DNA of 64,000 nucleotides from Oculina patagonica (Eukaryota): NCBI RefSeq assembly GCF_052425735.1, contig NC_135764.1, positions 12,400,001 to 12,464,000 of the forward strand, read 5' to 3'. Shown piece by piece: positions 26,490 to 37,762 of this stretch (position 1 is its first letter; each line of letters starts with the position of its first letter). The notes under the pieces were generated by a model. It saw only the letters and a program-made list of their open reading frames with translations, ran no database searches and was not told where the DNA came from. The position numbers and the translations under genes were made by a program.

Positions 26490-27033
26490 GGCCGTTCCGA
26501 GGTTGCGCGGGAAACTGGGGCGAGTTTCAAATTGTTAGTAATCAATAATCTGATACCACTATATGAAAGATCATGATGAGATTGGTCATTTGACGAAGTT
26601 TGATGCTTTCAGGGTGAATAGAAACGAAGTTATGGACCTTGAAACAAGGTTAAAAATCCATACAAACGTCTCTAATTGTAAGCCAGCGTCCCCCAAAACC
26701 ATATAAACTCTTAAAATTTTTATCCGTTTTGTGACAGCTGTAAAATCCTGCCAAAGACCTATTATTTGAAAGAAACTAAGATGAAAATCACTTTGTTTGC
26801 CCATTTTAAAGAGTATCACAAAAATCATAATAAATTTAAGAGTTTATGGGGGACGCTGTCTCAAAATAAGAGACGTTTGTATGGATTTTTAACCATGTTT
26901 CAAGGCCCATAACTTCGTCTCTGTTTATCCTAAAAGCGTCAAACTTGGTAAAATGACCAATCTCACCGGGTTCTTTCATGTGGTGGTGTCAGATTATCGA
27001 TTACTTGAAATTTGAAACTCGCTTGGAACGGCC
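26490..27033. mobile_element. Palindromic Harbinger-like MITE
   Basis: ggccgttcc..gcgagtttcaaat ... atttgaaactcgc..ggaacggcc; the arms pair imperfectly over ~230 bp. Confidence 0.65.
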
Positions 27034-27389
27034 TATATGCAGAGCATGATTTCTTGTGATATTTTTTCTAGCGGAAATATTAAGAATTTGGTTGATCTCG
27101 TGACGGTCCGATGCAAATACTGTTTTTGATACACCGCTTGGCTTTCGTGTTGAAAATAGCTTGGTCAAAATGCTTCAGCTGCTTTAAGCTGTCAAGAGTA
27201 ATTTTACTAAAAACAAACATGTTTTTGAATTATCAATGGGATAAGCAGTCACACTGTCATTATTATCACACAAATCATCATTATTTTATTTGCTAATTCA
27301 GAAGAATAACATAGCACATCATACGTTTCTCGTTAGTTTACACTATTTTTATTCTTGTCCCTAAAAACCTGCTTAACAAAAAGCTTGAT

Positions 27390-28015
27390 TAATATCCATC
27401 AACTGCCTTAAGCTGCAAGTGTTTTTAAACAAGTATTTGTTTTCTATTATTGTCTAAGAGGATCTGTAGCTAAATCATTAATTGCATAAGCAAACACAAC
27501 TTTTAACGTAACACGGAATAGGTTTTCCCTTAGTTTACAACACAAAACTCTTAACCGTAACAATCTTGTTTTATCCATAACGTGAATTCGTGTGCTAATT
27601 TTTCTGGCGGATAAAATTAAAATTTGTTTCAGTTCATGTCTTTGGAATACTGTCTTTGCTTGGTGGACATTGACCAAGCTTGTTTACCGGCTGCTTTAAG
27701 CTGCCAAAAATAATTTTACTAAAAGTCTTTTTAAACAAGTATTTGTTTTCTATTATTGGCTAAGAGGATTTATAGATCAACATCAATTTTATAAGCAAAC
27801 ACAACTTTTTAAATGACACGACATAGGTTTTCCCTTAGTTTACAATACAAAACCCGTTTAACACAACTTTGTCATAACAATCTTGTTATATCCAAAACAT
27901 GTACTCTTGTGCTAATTTTTCTGGCGGGAAAAAAAAACATTTTCTCGAGTTCGTGACTGTTGAATACTGTCTTTGATATGCTTTCGGCTTTCGTGTGAAA
28001 ACAAGGTTGGTCAAT
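27390..28015. repeat. Degenerate tandem duplication, unit ~300 bp
   Basis: The block tttttaaacaagtatttgttttctattatt..taagaggat..taagcaaacacaac..ataggttttcccttagtttacaa occurs at ~27422 and ~27728. Confidence 0.7.
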
Positions 28016-29138
28016 ATTAATTTTAAAATTCAAATATATTATTGACATTTCGATGATATCCATATATCTTATTTGCCTTAACAAATAGGCGTCATGCAAA
28101 ACCGAGTGGACAGTCGATGCTTTTTATAGGAGTAAATAGTAAATTTGCAAGTTAGCCTTCAGAATCAAACTTTCTGTCGAAGAATTTAGCATCTAAGCCT
28201 AAAAAAAGTAATAAACGACAATGAATTTTCGCTTAGTCTGGACCGTTATTCAATACAACGGTTGTCAGTGAGTAGCCCAAAATCTTCTTACGGCTTTGTA
28301 AACATGTTTTCAGCTGCATAAAACTGCCAAACTAAAAGATCCACTTATTAGAATCGAGGGTTTATAAGAAGGAGTCGTGTTTCGGTGTTTTATTCAGGTT
28401 TTGGCACAAGACGTCGGAGAAAGGCTTCCACGATCCAAAAGGTGAGATATAGAACGCCTCTGTGAGTACTTGTTTCAGCATTGAATGGGTGGTGGGCAAA
28501 ATGTCTCATGAAAAGACGTGTTTTTAATTTTTGATATGTTTGGCTAGTCCTGATTGCTTTTTTCTATCATCATGTTCATTATCGGGAACTTCGAAATTTT
28601 CGTGCACTACAAATGGCCTTAAAATGACGGTAAATTGCGATCACTGAATTAAGACACCGCCTTATCTTGCGTGCGTGTTTGCCAAGGAATTTAGACATTG
28701 AATTTGTAGCCCAAATTTCGTTTCATCGGCGATTTCTACAAAGACAAAACTTGATTTCTTTTATTCCACTTAGTTCTATCCTTTTATTCGAAAAAAAAAA
28801 TCCACAATTGGAACTGCAACTTTAACAGCTGTAAGATTTAAATGCATTATAATTATAAGACGTAATCAGCAAAATGTTTATTATTTCAGACAAATCTTGC
28901 TTCAACACTTAGTACCGTTCGGCACGAATTGAAGGTCTTGCTGAGCGTCCAGCTGAAAGCAACTGAACAAATCAGGGCTTGAAGACTTTCCTTGGTGTTT
29001 TAAAAGAAATCTACCCTCCGACACGTGATCTGAGATTCCCCATAAGAACCACGCAAATTCCGACCAGCAGAGCTCGACATGACAAAACATTTTGCGAGAC
29101 TGGATATTTCGTAGATCTATTTGCCACGTTTATAATTA

Positions 29139-29400
29139 CCGTATTTTCTCAATTAAACGCCCCCGGCGTTTATTTCAAACTGGGTTCTGTGGATCCGGCG
29201 TTTATTTGAATGGTGCATTTTATTTGAGCAAAATGTTTATTAAACAAGGGTTTTTAGTCATTATTTGTGACATGAATGTATCTTGCCATCATACCTAAAG
29301 CATATTACACCTCAAATAAATGCCTAAAAGGCTTACTTACCACTCTACCTTGGAGACCCGGCGTTTATTCGGGGTCCGGCGTTTAATCGAGAAAATACAG
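29139..29400. mobile_element. Tc1/mariner (pogo-like) MITE
   Basis: TA|ccgtattttctcaattaaacgcc ... ggcgtttaatcgagaaaatacag|TA. Confidence 0.75.
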
Positions 29401-29914
29401 TACTAACTTCAAACAGTCGGTCAGTAATTTATTTTACTGTTTTTCAGAGCCAGATTTTCACAGCCTTAAAAGTGATTACCATATCTATGGTGCCAAATAT
29501 TTACATGATGGTTTCAGGGGCAGAAACTTGGGTCTTCAACTTAACTATTTTTCGATGTTTGGATATACTTTTCCTTTCTCCTTTTAGCTCCTTTTTATAG
29601 AGGTCGGATTTGCTGCGCTAGATTAACTCGCTAGCTGAACGAAAGTAAAGAGCTACATCTAAGAAGTAAGTACCAGTGGCAATTCAGCACATTCAGTGAT
29701 AAAAAAGGAACTTCCAGTTTCTTTCGGCCTTGAAACGTCGGTATTCTGCAACAGTAATGTGGTTTACTTTTAACGAAAAATATTCTCTATAAATTTCCAC
29801 TTTTTTATTTTCAAGTGATGAACTCAGTGGGTTGAAAAACAATTTTTCAGCTTGTTCTTGAACGATGTCATTCTATCTGAATCGTTACTTTTTTTTAAGC
29901 AAGACTGTGAAGTC

Positions 29915-30609
29915 AACAACAAACAACAACAAACAACAATACTTTATTTACCCACGCGACACCTAGGAGCGCAAGCGCTCGTTAAAACGTGTGCGTGAAC
30001 GCAAAACTGTATAAAAGGGAAAAAAAATTAAATAATTATCTATGTAAATATGTAAATATGTATAATATAATAAATATGTATACTAATATAATAATATAAT
30101 ATGTATAATATAATAATAGGCACCTAAAAAGAGTTAAAAATATTTACCTAGTAATCGTTTAAAAGTTAGAAGATCGTAAGCGTCCCTTACAAATGGTGGT
30201 ATTGAGTTTCAGATCCTGGCGGCATTGAAAGAAAAGGACTTATGCCGCCATTCCAAATTGCATCTAGGCATCTCTAAAATTGTACCGGACCCCCTTAGGT
30301 TAAATGAGCACACTTTAAAATTAAAGAGATCTTGAATATAGCTTGGAGCTTGATTATGTAAGCATTTATACACAAGGACTAATGCCTGAAATTTCCTGCG
30401 CTGTTCTAGCGAGCTAATGCTTTGTACAGTCTTCAAAAGAAACTCATAAGGGGTCTGCCTGCAAAGGCCTAAAATCGATCTAAGAATATAATAGTTTGCG
30501 TCCTCTAGTTTATTAGCCTGAGTGTTACCCACACCAAGCAGTAAGGGCCCACAATACTCTAGATGTGGTAAAATAAACGCTTTATATAGACGGCCCATAA
30601 CATCTATTG
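29915..30609 (-). mobile_element. 5'-truncated CR1/L2-type LINE in the 5'-UTR intron of repeat-protein copy 2
   Basis: LYKAFILPHLEYC..SLEQRR..VYKCLHNQAPSY..KSFSFNAARI is an ORF2 C-terminus, followed by a (TTGTTTG)n-type tail. The equivalent site in copy 1 (gactgtgaaggcgtaggtg, ~973-991) is empty. Possible GTC duplication. Confidence 0.9.
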
Positions 30610-30718
30610 GTCGTAGGTGAATAAACACACAAAATATCTATCTACCAAAGCCTTCGTTATAACTGTCTTTACTCTTTTCTCTTGATTTTTAATCATAGGA
30701 TTCACACAGAAGATACAC

Positions 30719-31396
30719 ATGGTTAACATGGCAAACGGACGCTTGCTCATTTTCCTGTCTATTATCGGCCTGGTGTCACAGTGCTTGGCTGAAGATGGGT
30801 TCAGGATTTGCTTCCGTGAAACTGAACGCAGTTCGCAGTGTCAGGGACCATCGTACACTTGCAGTGGATGGAGTTCCAATCCTGCTTGGACTCAATCATT
30901 CCGAGATGACACCGATAACCGAGGTGGAGGCTGTCGCTACCAGTGGAAAATCCAGGCACACCACAGAATCAAACCAAACCGGCAGTATCGCCTCTGCTTT
31001 CAAGAGACGGAAGGAAGCTCGCAGTGTCAAGGAACTCGAAGCTCGTGCACCGGTTGGAGCCAGTACCCCTCTTGGACCAAATATTTCCGTGATGACACCG
31101 ACAACAGAGGTGGTGGCTGTCGTTACGCTTGGAAGATCGAGTCTAAACGGGTACCGGGTGGTCACTTCAAGATGTGCCGAGTGTGCTTCAAAGAAACAGA
31201 GGGAAGCTCTCAGTGCCAGGGAAATCGCCAAAGCTGCAGTGAATGGAGCTCGAGGAAGAACAAAAATGGTGATTGGACCTTGCCATTCCGAGATGATACA
31301 GATGGGCGCTCTGGGGGCTGTGCTTATTGGTGGTATCTGGATTGCACCTCATCAGTTCATACCGCCTTGAATTGCCCAAGGCACAGCCCATGCTAG
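30719..31396 (+). CDS. Secreted Cys-rich three-repeat protein (RDDTDxRGGGC repeats), copy 2, intact, 225 aa
   Basis: Same signal peptide and three repeats as 1106-1717, ending WWYLDCTSSVHTALNCPRHSPC*; the same upstream acceptor is present. Confidence 0.9.
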   Translation: MVNMANGRLLIFLSIIGLVSQCLAEDGFRICFRETERSSQCQGPSYTCSGWSSNPAWTQSFRDDTDNRGGGCRYQWKIQAHHRIKPNRQYRLCFQETEGSSQCQGTRSSCTGWSQYPSWTKYFRDDTDNRGGGCRYAWKIESKRVPGGHFKMCRVCFKETEGSSQCQGNRQSCSEWSSRKNKNGDWTLPFRDDTDGRSGGCAYWWYLDCTSSVHTALNCPRHSPC

Positions 31397-32903
31397 ATAC
31401 CTAGCAAGAATCGTTTCATTCAAACCGAGTGTCGTGAAACCATGTTAACAGTTTTGCTCAAAAGTGCTAAAATTGTCATAAGTCGTTGCTTTTTAGAATG
31501 TCATTTTATGCACTGTTGTTATGCTAATTAAGGGTCCAGGCAGGTGCTAATAAAATATTTAAAAGGGACGAACTGTTGTGCATTTTGTTGACATCAATTT
31601 GTTTAATTTTTTGTGGCTTACAAATGCCCAAGAGCACGGCAAGAAAGTTTGGCAGGCTTTGTATAACTGCGGAAAATTACAATCGAATGAATGAATTATT
31701 CGGTAACTAAAGAACTAATGGGCTTGTAAAACGTTGCTGGATTGGTTTAGATAAAGATGAGAATTTCGTGATTTTGGCGAGACAGTTCTTCGAGGGGTTT
31801 TAGTTTCGCGATTTGACCATAAAATACGTCTAAAACGTTAAAAATGCTTCAAAAACGTTAAAAAATCGCGAAAATCACAAATTAAAGTCCCCCGTAGTTA
31901 AGTACCAATAAGGTAACCTAAGATTCCTTTGGGCGCCATGGTTTTTTTTTTTTTTTCTTTGTGAAGCTCTGACACATATACCAAAGATAACCTGTGAGAA
32001 ATAATATTCTTCACTATATTATCCAATCTGTACTTCCGCTCCTTTGCTAAAACGTTTGAGAAAAAATTATGTTTTGCCTTTCCTCAGCATGCTCAGTACA
32101 GCTTTCAAGTAGACCAGTGGCACAACCAGAATAAAGAACAATTAATCCTGAAAATGTCCGAAATGAACTATATACATGCACGGTAATAAAGTTTTCTCTG
32201 ACTCGTCAATGCATTACCTATGAACATCTATTTCTCAAGAATTTAAGAGCGGTCATCCTAAAATATCGCCTGGAGGTGTGAAAAAAAGAATAGAAAATTC
32301 TCAAACTTTACCAGAAGATAGGTACAGGTGAACCATTTCAAGAAAATAAAAAACTTTGAATTCGATTAGATTTTTTTTACATACCAAAGTTCGGAAGCCA
32401 AACAGGGAAATGTGTTGTTCTGGTAAACTCATCGTCTTTATTCACGGCTTCCCAGGAATATAACAATCTTCGTTTTCACAGATTTCGATCTGCATGTTTT
32501 ACAAGTAGGAACACAGCGAACACGATGCGAGAGTCACGTGACGCTACAGGGTACCCACGGGGGTACTATCACAAGTCAAGAATCTCTGGTTTCTTACACA
32601 GTCTACCCCTGCGGGTGTAGCGTGCTGTAACATAATTTATGTAGTCCCTTCACAACCTTCCGTCGTTGTCTGTCGTTCAAATTAAACGCAAAGATTGCGT
32701 GACAGGTGTTCATGAGGCCTCATACCCGGATTCACGCGTCCACATCACAAATCAGTACAGGACGATCGTTGCCGTCCTTTTTTATTTTTGCAAAATTTGG
32801 TTTTGAGTCCCAAATAATGTTTAAATGTTTTTGTTTCTTTGTCTGTTTAATTAATCGCTTTACATTACTGGTTGTGGCGAGTAAATTTTTGTTGAAAATC
32901 TTC

Positions 32904-33403
32904 NNNNNNNNNNNNNNNNNNNNNNNNNNNNNNNNNNNNNNNNNNNNNNNNNNNNNNNNNNNNNNNNNNNNNNNNNNNNNNNNNNNNNNNNNNNNNNNNN
33001 NNNNNNNNNNNNNNNNNNNNNNNNNNNNNNNNNNNNNNNNNNNNNNNNNNNNNNNNNNNNNNNNNNNNNNNNNNNNNNNNNNNNNNNNNNNNNNNNNNNN
33101 NNNNNNNNNNNNNNNNNNNNNNNNNNNNNNNNNNNNNNNNNNNNNNNNNNNNNNNNNNNNNNNNNNNNNNNNNNNNNNNNNNNNNNNNNNNNNNNNNNNN
33201 NNNNNNNNNNNNNNNNNNNNNNNNNNNNNNNNNNNNNNNNNNNNNNNNNNNNNNNNNNNNNNNNNNNNNNNNNNNNNNNNNNNNNNNNNNNNNNNNNNNN
33301 NNNNNNNNNNNNNNNNNNNNNNNNNNNNNNNNNNNNNNNNNNNNNNNNNNNNNNNNNNNNNNNNNNNNNNNNNNNNNNNNNNNNNNNNNNNNNNNNNNNN
33401 NNN
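32904..33403. other. Assembly gap (500 N)
   Basis: Run of N. Confidence 1.
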
Positions 33404-34641
33404 GAACTGTGTGAACGTGATCGTATCTGATCATTGAAGAAAGGTCCTCTTTTTTGCATTAGATATAATATTCCAAAACTGATTGAAAGGTTGTCGGGGG
33501 AAGCTTAGTCTAGTTTTCCTCTCCTTTGTTCGACCACTGGAATACCAAAAAAATCAAAGCAGAATGGCTTGGGAATTTGTTGTTTACACAGACGATTCTC
33601 TCACCCCTCTCATATTTCTTGAGTCCATTTCAAATATGAGAACACGCTTTATTTTCAATAAATAAGAATACTGGTAACTTAAAAGTACTTTTATTGAAAA
33701 GCTCAATATACAAACAAGAACATCTTGTTTATGGCTTTGCACTAAATTATTTTTAATTTTATACATAGACGTTTTGCATTGTTTTTTTTTTTTTCTGACT
33801 TGCTTATTGCAATATCATATTTATGTAATAATAGCGTACTTTGGAGCAAATTTATATAAACGAAAGCCTCCATTTAGTGCAAACAAAGTATGCATAGATA
33901 TTAGTCCGAGGATGCTTTTCTCTTATCCTTTAAATATATTCACAAAAGGCGTATTACCCTGCTGGGTATGTTTGTTGGCGTTCAAAATATTGCTTAACTA
34001 TGCTAAGAGTATTCAGTCTTATTCATTCTTACATTTTTTGGTATGACCTCCACACTTTTTTCTCCAAAATCCTTTACATTTTGTATTCTGCGAGTGATCT
34101 GTATTTTATTCTACTTCTTGCTTTACGTTTGTTTTATTATTGATTGATTTTCTTGATTGATTGCTGGTTGTTACCTCCGAAAATGCCGCGGTTGCGCATA
34201 AATGGTTGAAAAGTCGTTAATATGGACTATCGAAGCAAAGCCCTCAGTGTAAGCACCCTTTGATCAATCGTGTTTGAGTCGATATATTTTAAGGAATAAA
34301 AAAACAAATATTGTTATCCTTAACGGAGATTAATATATAGAAAGGTAGGCTTGTAAACAACCCTCACCTTTGTTTTTTAACATTTTATTCACCATTGTCT
34401 TGCGAGCGTGAGCAAGGTGTGTAGACTAGGAAGCCATGTTTTTGTTGCCCCTTGCTTTCTGCTTATCAGACCGCCTAAAAACCTAATAGTTCTTCGCCAC
34501 TACCTATAATGGCTAACTAAAAAAATAATAGGCAGTTCATGCTACGAATCGGCATTGACCATGCACTTTGAATGCTGGAACTGTTAATATATGAATATAG
34601 GGAGAATGTAAGGATCTCTCGACAAGTTAGTTTAACACTGC

Positions 34642-34726
34642 TTATCGGCAGGGGCACAAAGCATTGCCAATGTTTGGAACCCAAACTTGTCGACTTCTTT
34701 GCACCCTTCTCCGCGTCTTTTTTCTC
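34642..34726 (-). CDS. Giant protein, predicted last exon (RKKTRRRVQRSRQVWVPNIGNALCPCR*)
   Basis: Acceptor ttttccttag; phase 2 matches the upstream exon. Confidence 0.6.
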
Positions 34727-35261
34727 CTAAGGAAAAAAATAAATAAATAAAACTTAGCCTTTTTTACTATGCTAAGATCTAAATTGATATGGGCTGTATC
34801 CTTTGTATTAAAGCAAACGAAGCTACAACAGGTTTTAAAGATCAGCGAAGATGCGGATCTGAAGTTCATCGACGTGATTCACCCCACAGTTGCATTTTTA
34901 TACACACCCGTGTTGGGGATAAATCCGGTGAGATCCGAACTGGTGAGTGTTTTTGCTTTCCAGGTAAAAGTTTGATTTCCGGCCGTGAAACATCTTGGTC
35001 AATGATTTTTGCCCTGGTTAAGTTTCTACCGAACACCTGGACAACGTCCAGCTGTAGCTTTTTTTTTAGGTCACACGGGGAGAACTTGAAAAATTCAGCA
35101 TAACTTTTTCAAGCTGGGATCTGAAGCTCCAGATGGTATCACAATAATGACACTTTTTATAGCTTCAGTAACGCATCTGGACCACTATTTATAGGTTTAC
35201 TCAAGTCTTCAGGCTCTTAAAATTCTTCAAAATGAAGCTGGTGTCACTCCCTTTAACCCAC

Positions 35262-35373
35262 CTCGACTTCCTGCATCTGCTTAATCCGTGCCAACCACAG
35301 CTCGTGGAATAATAAGAGGTAGTGTAGGTAACGACATAAACGTAGTAGTACCGTGTGACTTGCCGGCAGTTAG
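35262..35373 (-). CDS. Giant protein, predicted penultimate exon (EMI-like: ANCRQVTRYYYVYVVTYTTSYYSTSCGWHGLSRCRKS)
   Basis: Acceptor aattccttgcag, phase 1 in, donor AG|gtgggt. Confidence 0.65.
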
Positions 35374-36085
35374 CTGCAAGGAATTAAACATTAATCAATT
35401 TGAACTTGTTTGAGAAATGAAAATGACAGAAACTTAATTCGTAATGCAGACCGAGAAATTTACTAAGGTAGAATGAGGCTTGTTTATCAGTGAAAAAAAA
35501 AATGAAAATGATTTGGTTGAATGTACTAAATTATTGTCATTTAAAAACAAGATGGCGTACATTTCTTTAACAGCAGCCTGAGATAAATGTGAAGCACCCA
35601 GATCGAATGCTAACAGCCAGCTACTCAGAATGCTTACTCAGCTGTATTTTAAGCGAATAAATTAACCCTGGTATTCTGGAGAGTTTAAAAATATTACTCA
35701 CAGTAATATCACAAAATATCACTACTACGCTCGCTATTACCAATACTAAAATAGCTTTCGAAAAAACTCTTATGAACTGAACTTTAGTTAAAAAAGGAAT
35801 GGCACTCTGCGTAACTCAAGAGTGTATAAATGAAGCAAAACTAATCAAGGAAAAAACAATTGAAGGAACTTATTTTTTATGGCGTATTCCGCGATATGCA
35901 GTTTAATAAAGAAAATCCTTGACATGGTAAACAGCAATAGATGATGGCAATCCACAAAGGAACGAAGACGGTTAGGGAAGAGAAGACTGCATAAAAAAGA
36001 ACCTGAGAAATTTAGATGAGCATTTTTAAAGATGTGCGATCAGTGATGTTGTCAAATAAATCGAATATAGACCATAGTTACTCAC

Positions 36086-36702
36086 CCCTGCATTGGTTTC
36101 CTGACATGTGGTAGCAGCGATGGCAACGACAGGTATAAGAACCAATAGTGTTGTGACAGTACGCGTTGCCATAGGAAGAGCACGAGTGGCTTCCGGTTGT
36201 ACATTCATTCACGTCATGACACACTGAGGTGGTCACTGGAGGTCTGAAGCCACTGTTGCAGTGACATTGGTATGATCCTTGTGTATTCACACACCGTGAG
36301 TTTGACGGGCAGCTGTACGACCCCTCAGAACATTCGTTGATATCGATACAGGTATGGGGGTCTTGGTTTCTCCAACCAGACAGGCAGTTGCAGTGGTAAG
36401 ATCCTATAGTGTTAACACATAGCGACTGCACCGGGCAGGAATTTGGAACATCTACGCATTCGTTCACATCTTTGCACGTCGGTAAACGGGCATCTTTAGG
36501 GTCTGGGTACCATCCGTTGTTACATGTACAATTCCAACTTCCCGGTGAGTTCACGCAGGTAGAGTTTGGATCACAGCCATGGATTCCACGACTGCACTCA
36601 TTGATGTCTAGGCACTGGAACTCTGAAACTTTCTCCCAGCCGGGATCACACACACAGTAATAACTTCCAGGAGTGTTGACACATTTCGATGGAATAGGAC
36701 AT
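36086..36702 (-). CDS. Giant protein, exon of Ca-binding EGF repeats
   Basis: Acceptor ttctatag, donor G|gtgagt, DINEC/DVNEC repeats, phases consistent. Confidence 0.9.
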
Positions 36703-37083
36703 CTATAGAATTAAACACAACGTCTTTTTTGCATTCATGGCTAAAAAGGTGTATTTATATGGTTTCATCTTAGTGCTACTTTAATAATGGGATTTGTTTT
36801 CTAGACAAAAAAGGAAATCTACGCCACGGTTTTGTAAAACTTCAATAAAATGGAAGCCATTTTCGTCATCGCAGTCCAAAGTAAAGCCTTTTCAAACGTG
36901 CAACAGATTAAAACGAGGCTTAGCTTGCAATGTGTTGTTAATAAATGCCGCAAAATGCTTTTAAAAATCATAATCTTTTACCCACAAATGTAATTTAATT
37001 CCTCGGAAAGCATGTACAAATAGCCGTGTGAACATTGGGCAGACAAAATGAAGCTAAACGCATAACAAAAAAAAAAACATTAC

Positions 37084-37495
37084 TTATCAGTCTTCTCCGC
37101 ACACTCGTCGATGTCGAAACATATGGGATGCGCCCCGTGTCCTCGCCATCCTAAGTTACAACTGCAGTTAAATCCCCCTGGGTAATTGATGCATGTAGAT
37201 TGTGGGTCGCAGACATTTGGGTACTCGCATTCATCGGTATCGTTGCAGCTTTTGCCATCAAAGGACCAGCCAATAAGCGAAGGACACTCGCAGCGATACG
37301 ACCCTGGTGTATTGATGCATCTGGCTGGTGGCAAGCAATCGTGTGTGCCAAGAAGACACTCGTTCGTATCCACACAGGAGAAAGAACTATCGTTCCATTG
37401 ATATCCTGGGAAGCAAACGCATGGATGGAACGCACGTGGACTACGGTCGCAATATCCGTGAGGCCCACAGGTTTCACCTTTCATAATTGGACAAG
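37084..37495 (-). CDS. Giant protein, EGF / Ca-EGF exon
   Basis: Acceptor ttgtag, donor AA|gtaatg, DTNEC/DTDEC/DIDEC motifs, phases consistent. Confidence 0.9.
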
Positions 37496-37762
37496 CTACA
37501 ATTTAAACGGTAGAAATTTAATTAATTACACATTTAATAAGGCATAATAACACCGAATGTTTCGACGTCAATGGAGGAAATTTGTTGGTATTTTTTTACA
37601 GAAAGCAGTTTGAAATATTTGACTAAATCTTCAGGTAACTTTAAAAAGGCTATATACCTTATCTACAAATATACCACCCTACTGCTTCTTTCAAAACAAG
37701 ATATGCAATGAAAATCGTGCATTAACATTAAAATTAAAGAGCAGCAAATGTAAGCCACTAAC

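Noticed and set aside
32706-33459. ORFs spanning poly-X
   Set aside because: Artefacts of the N gap.
35885-36002. Transmembrane-encoding last exon for the giant gene (VLFYAVFSSLTVFVPLWIAIIYCC)
   Set aside because: The hydrophobic frame needs phase 0 but the upstream donor is phase 1; the 35373 exon fits better. It is not fully excluded as an alternative isoform.
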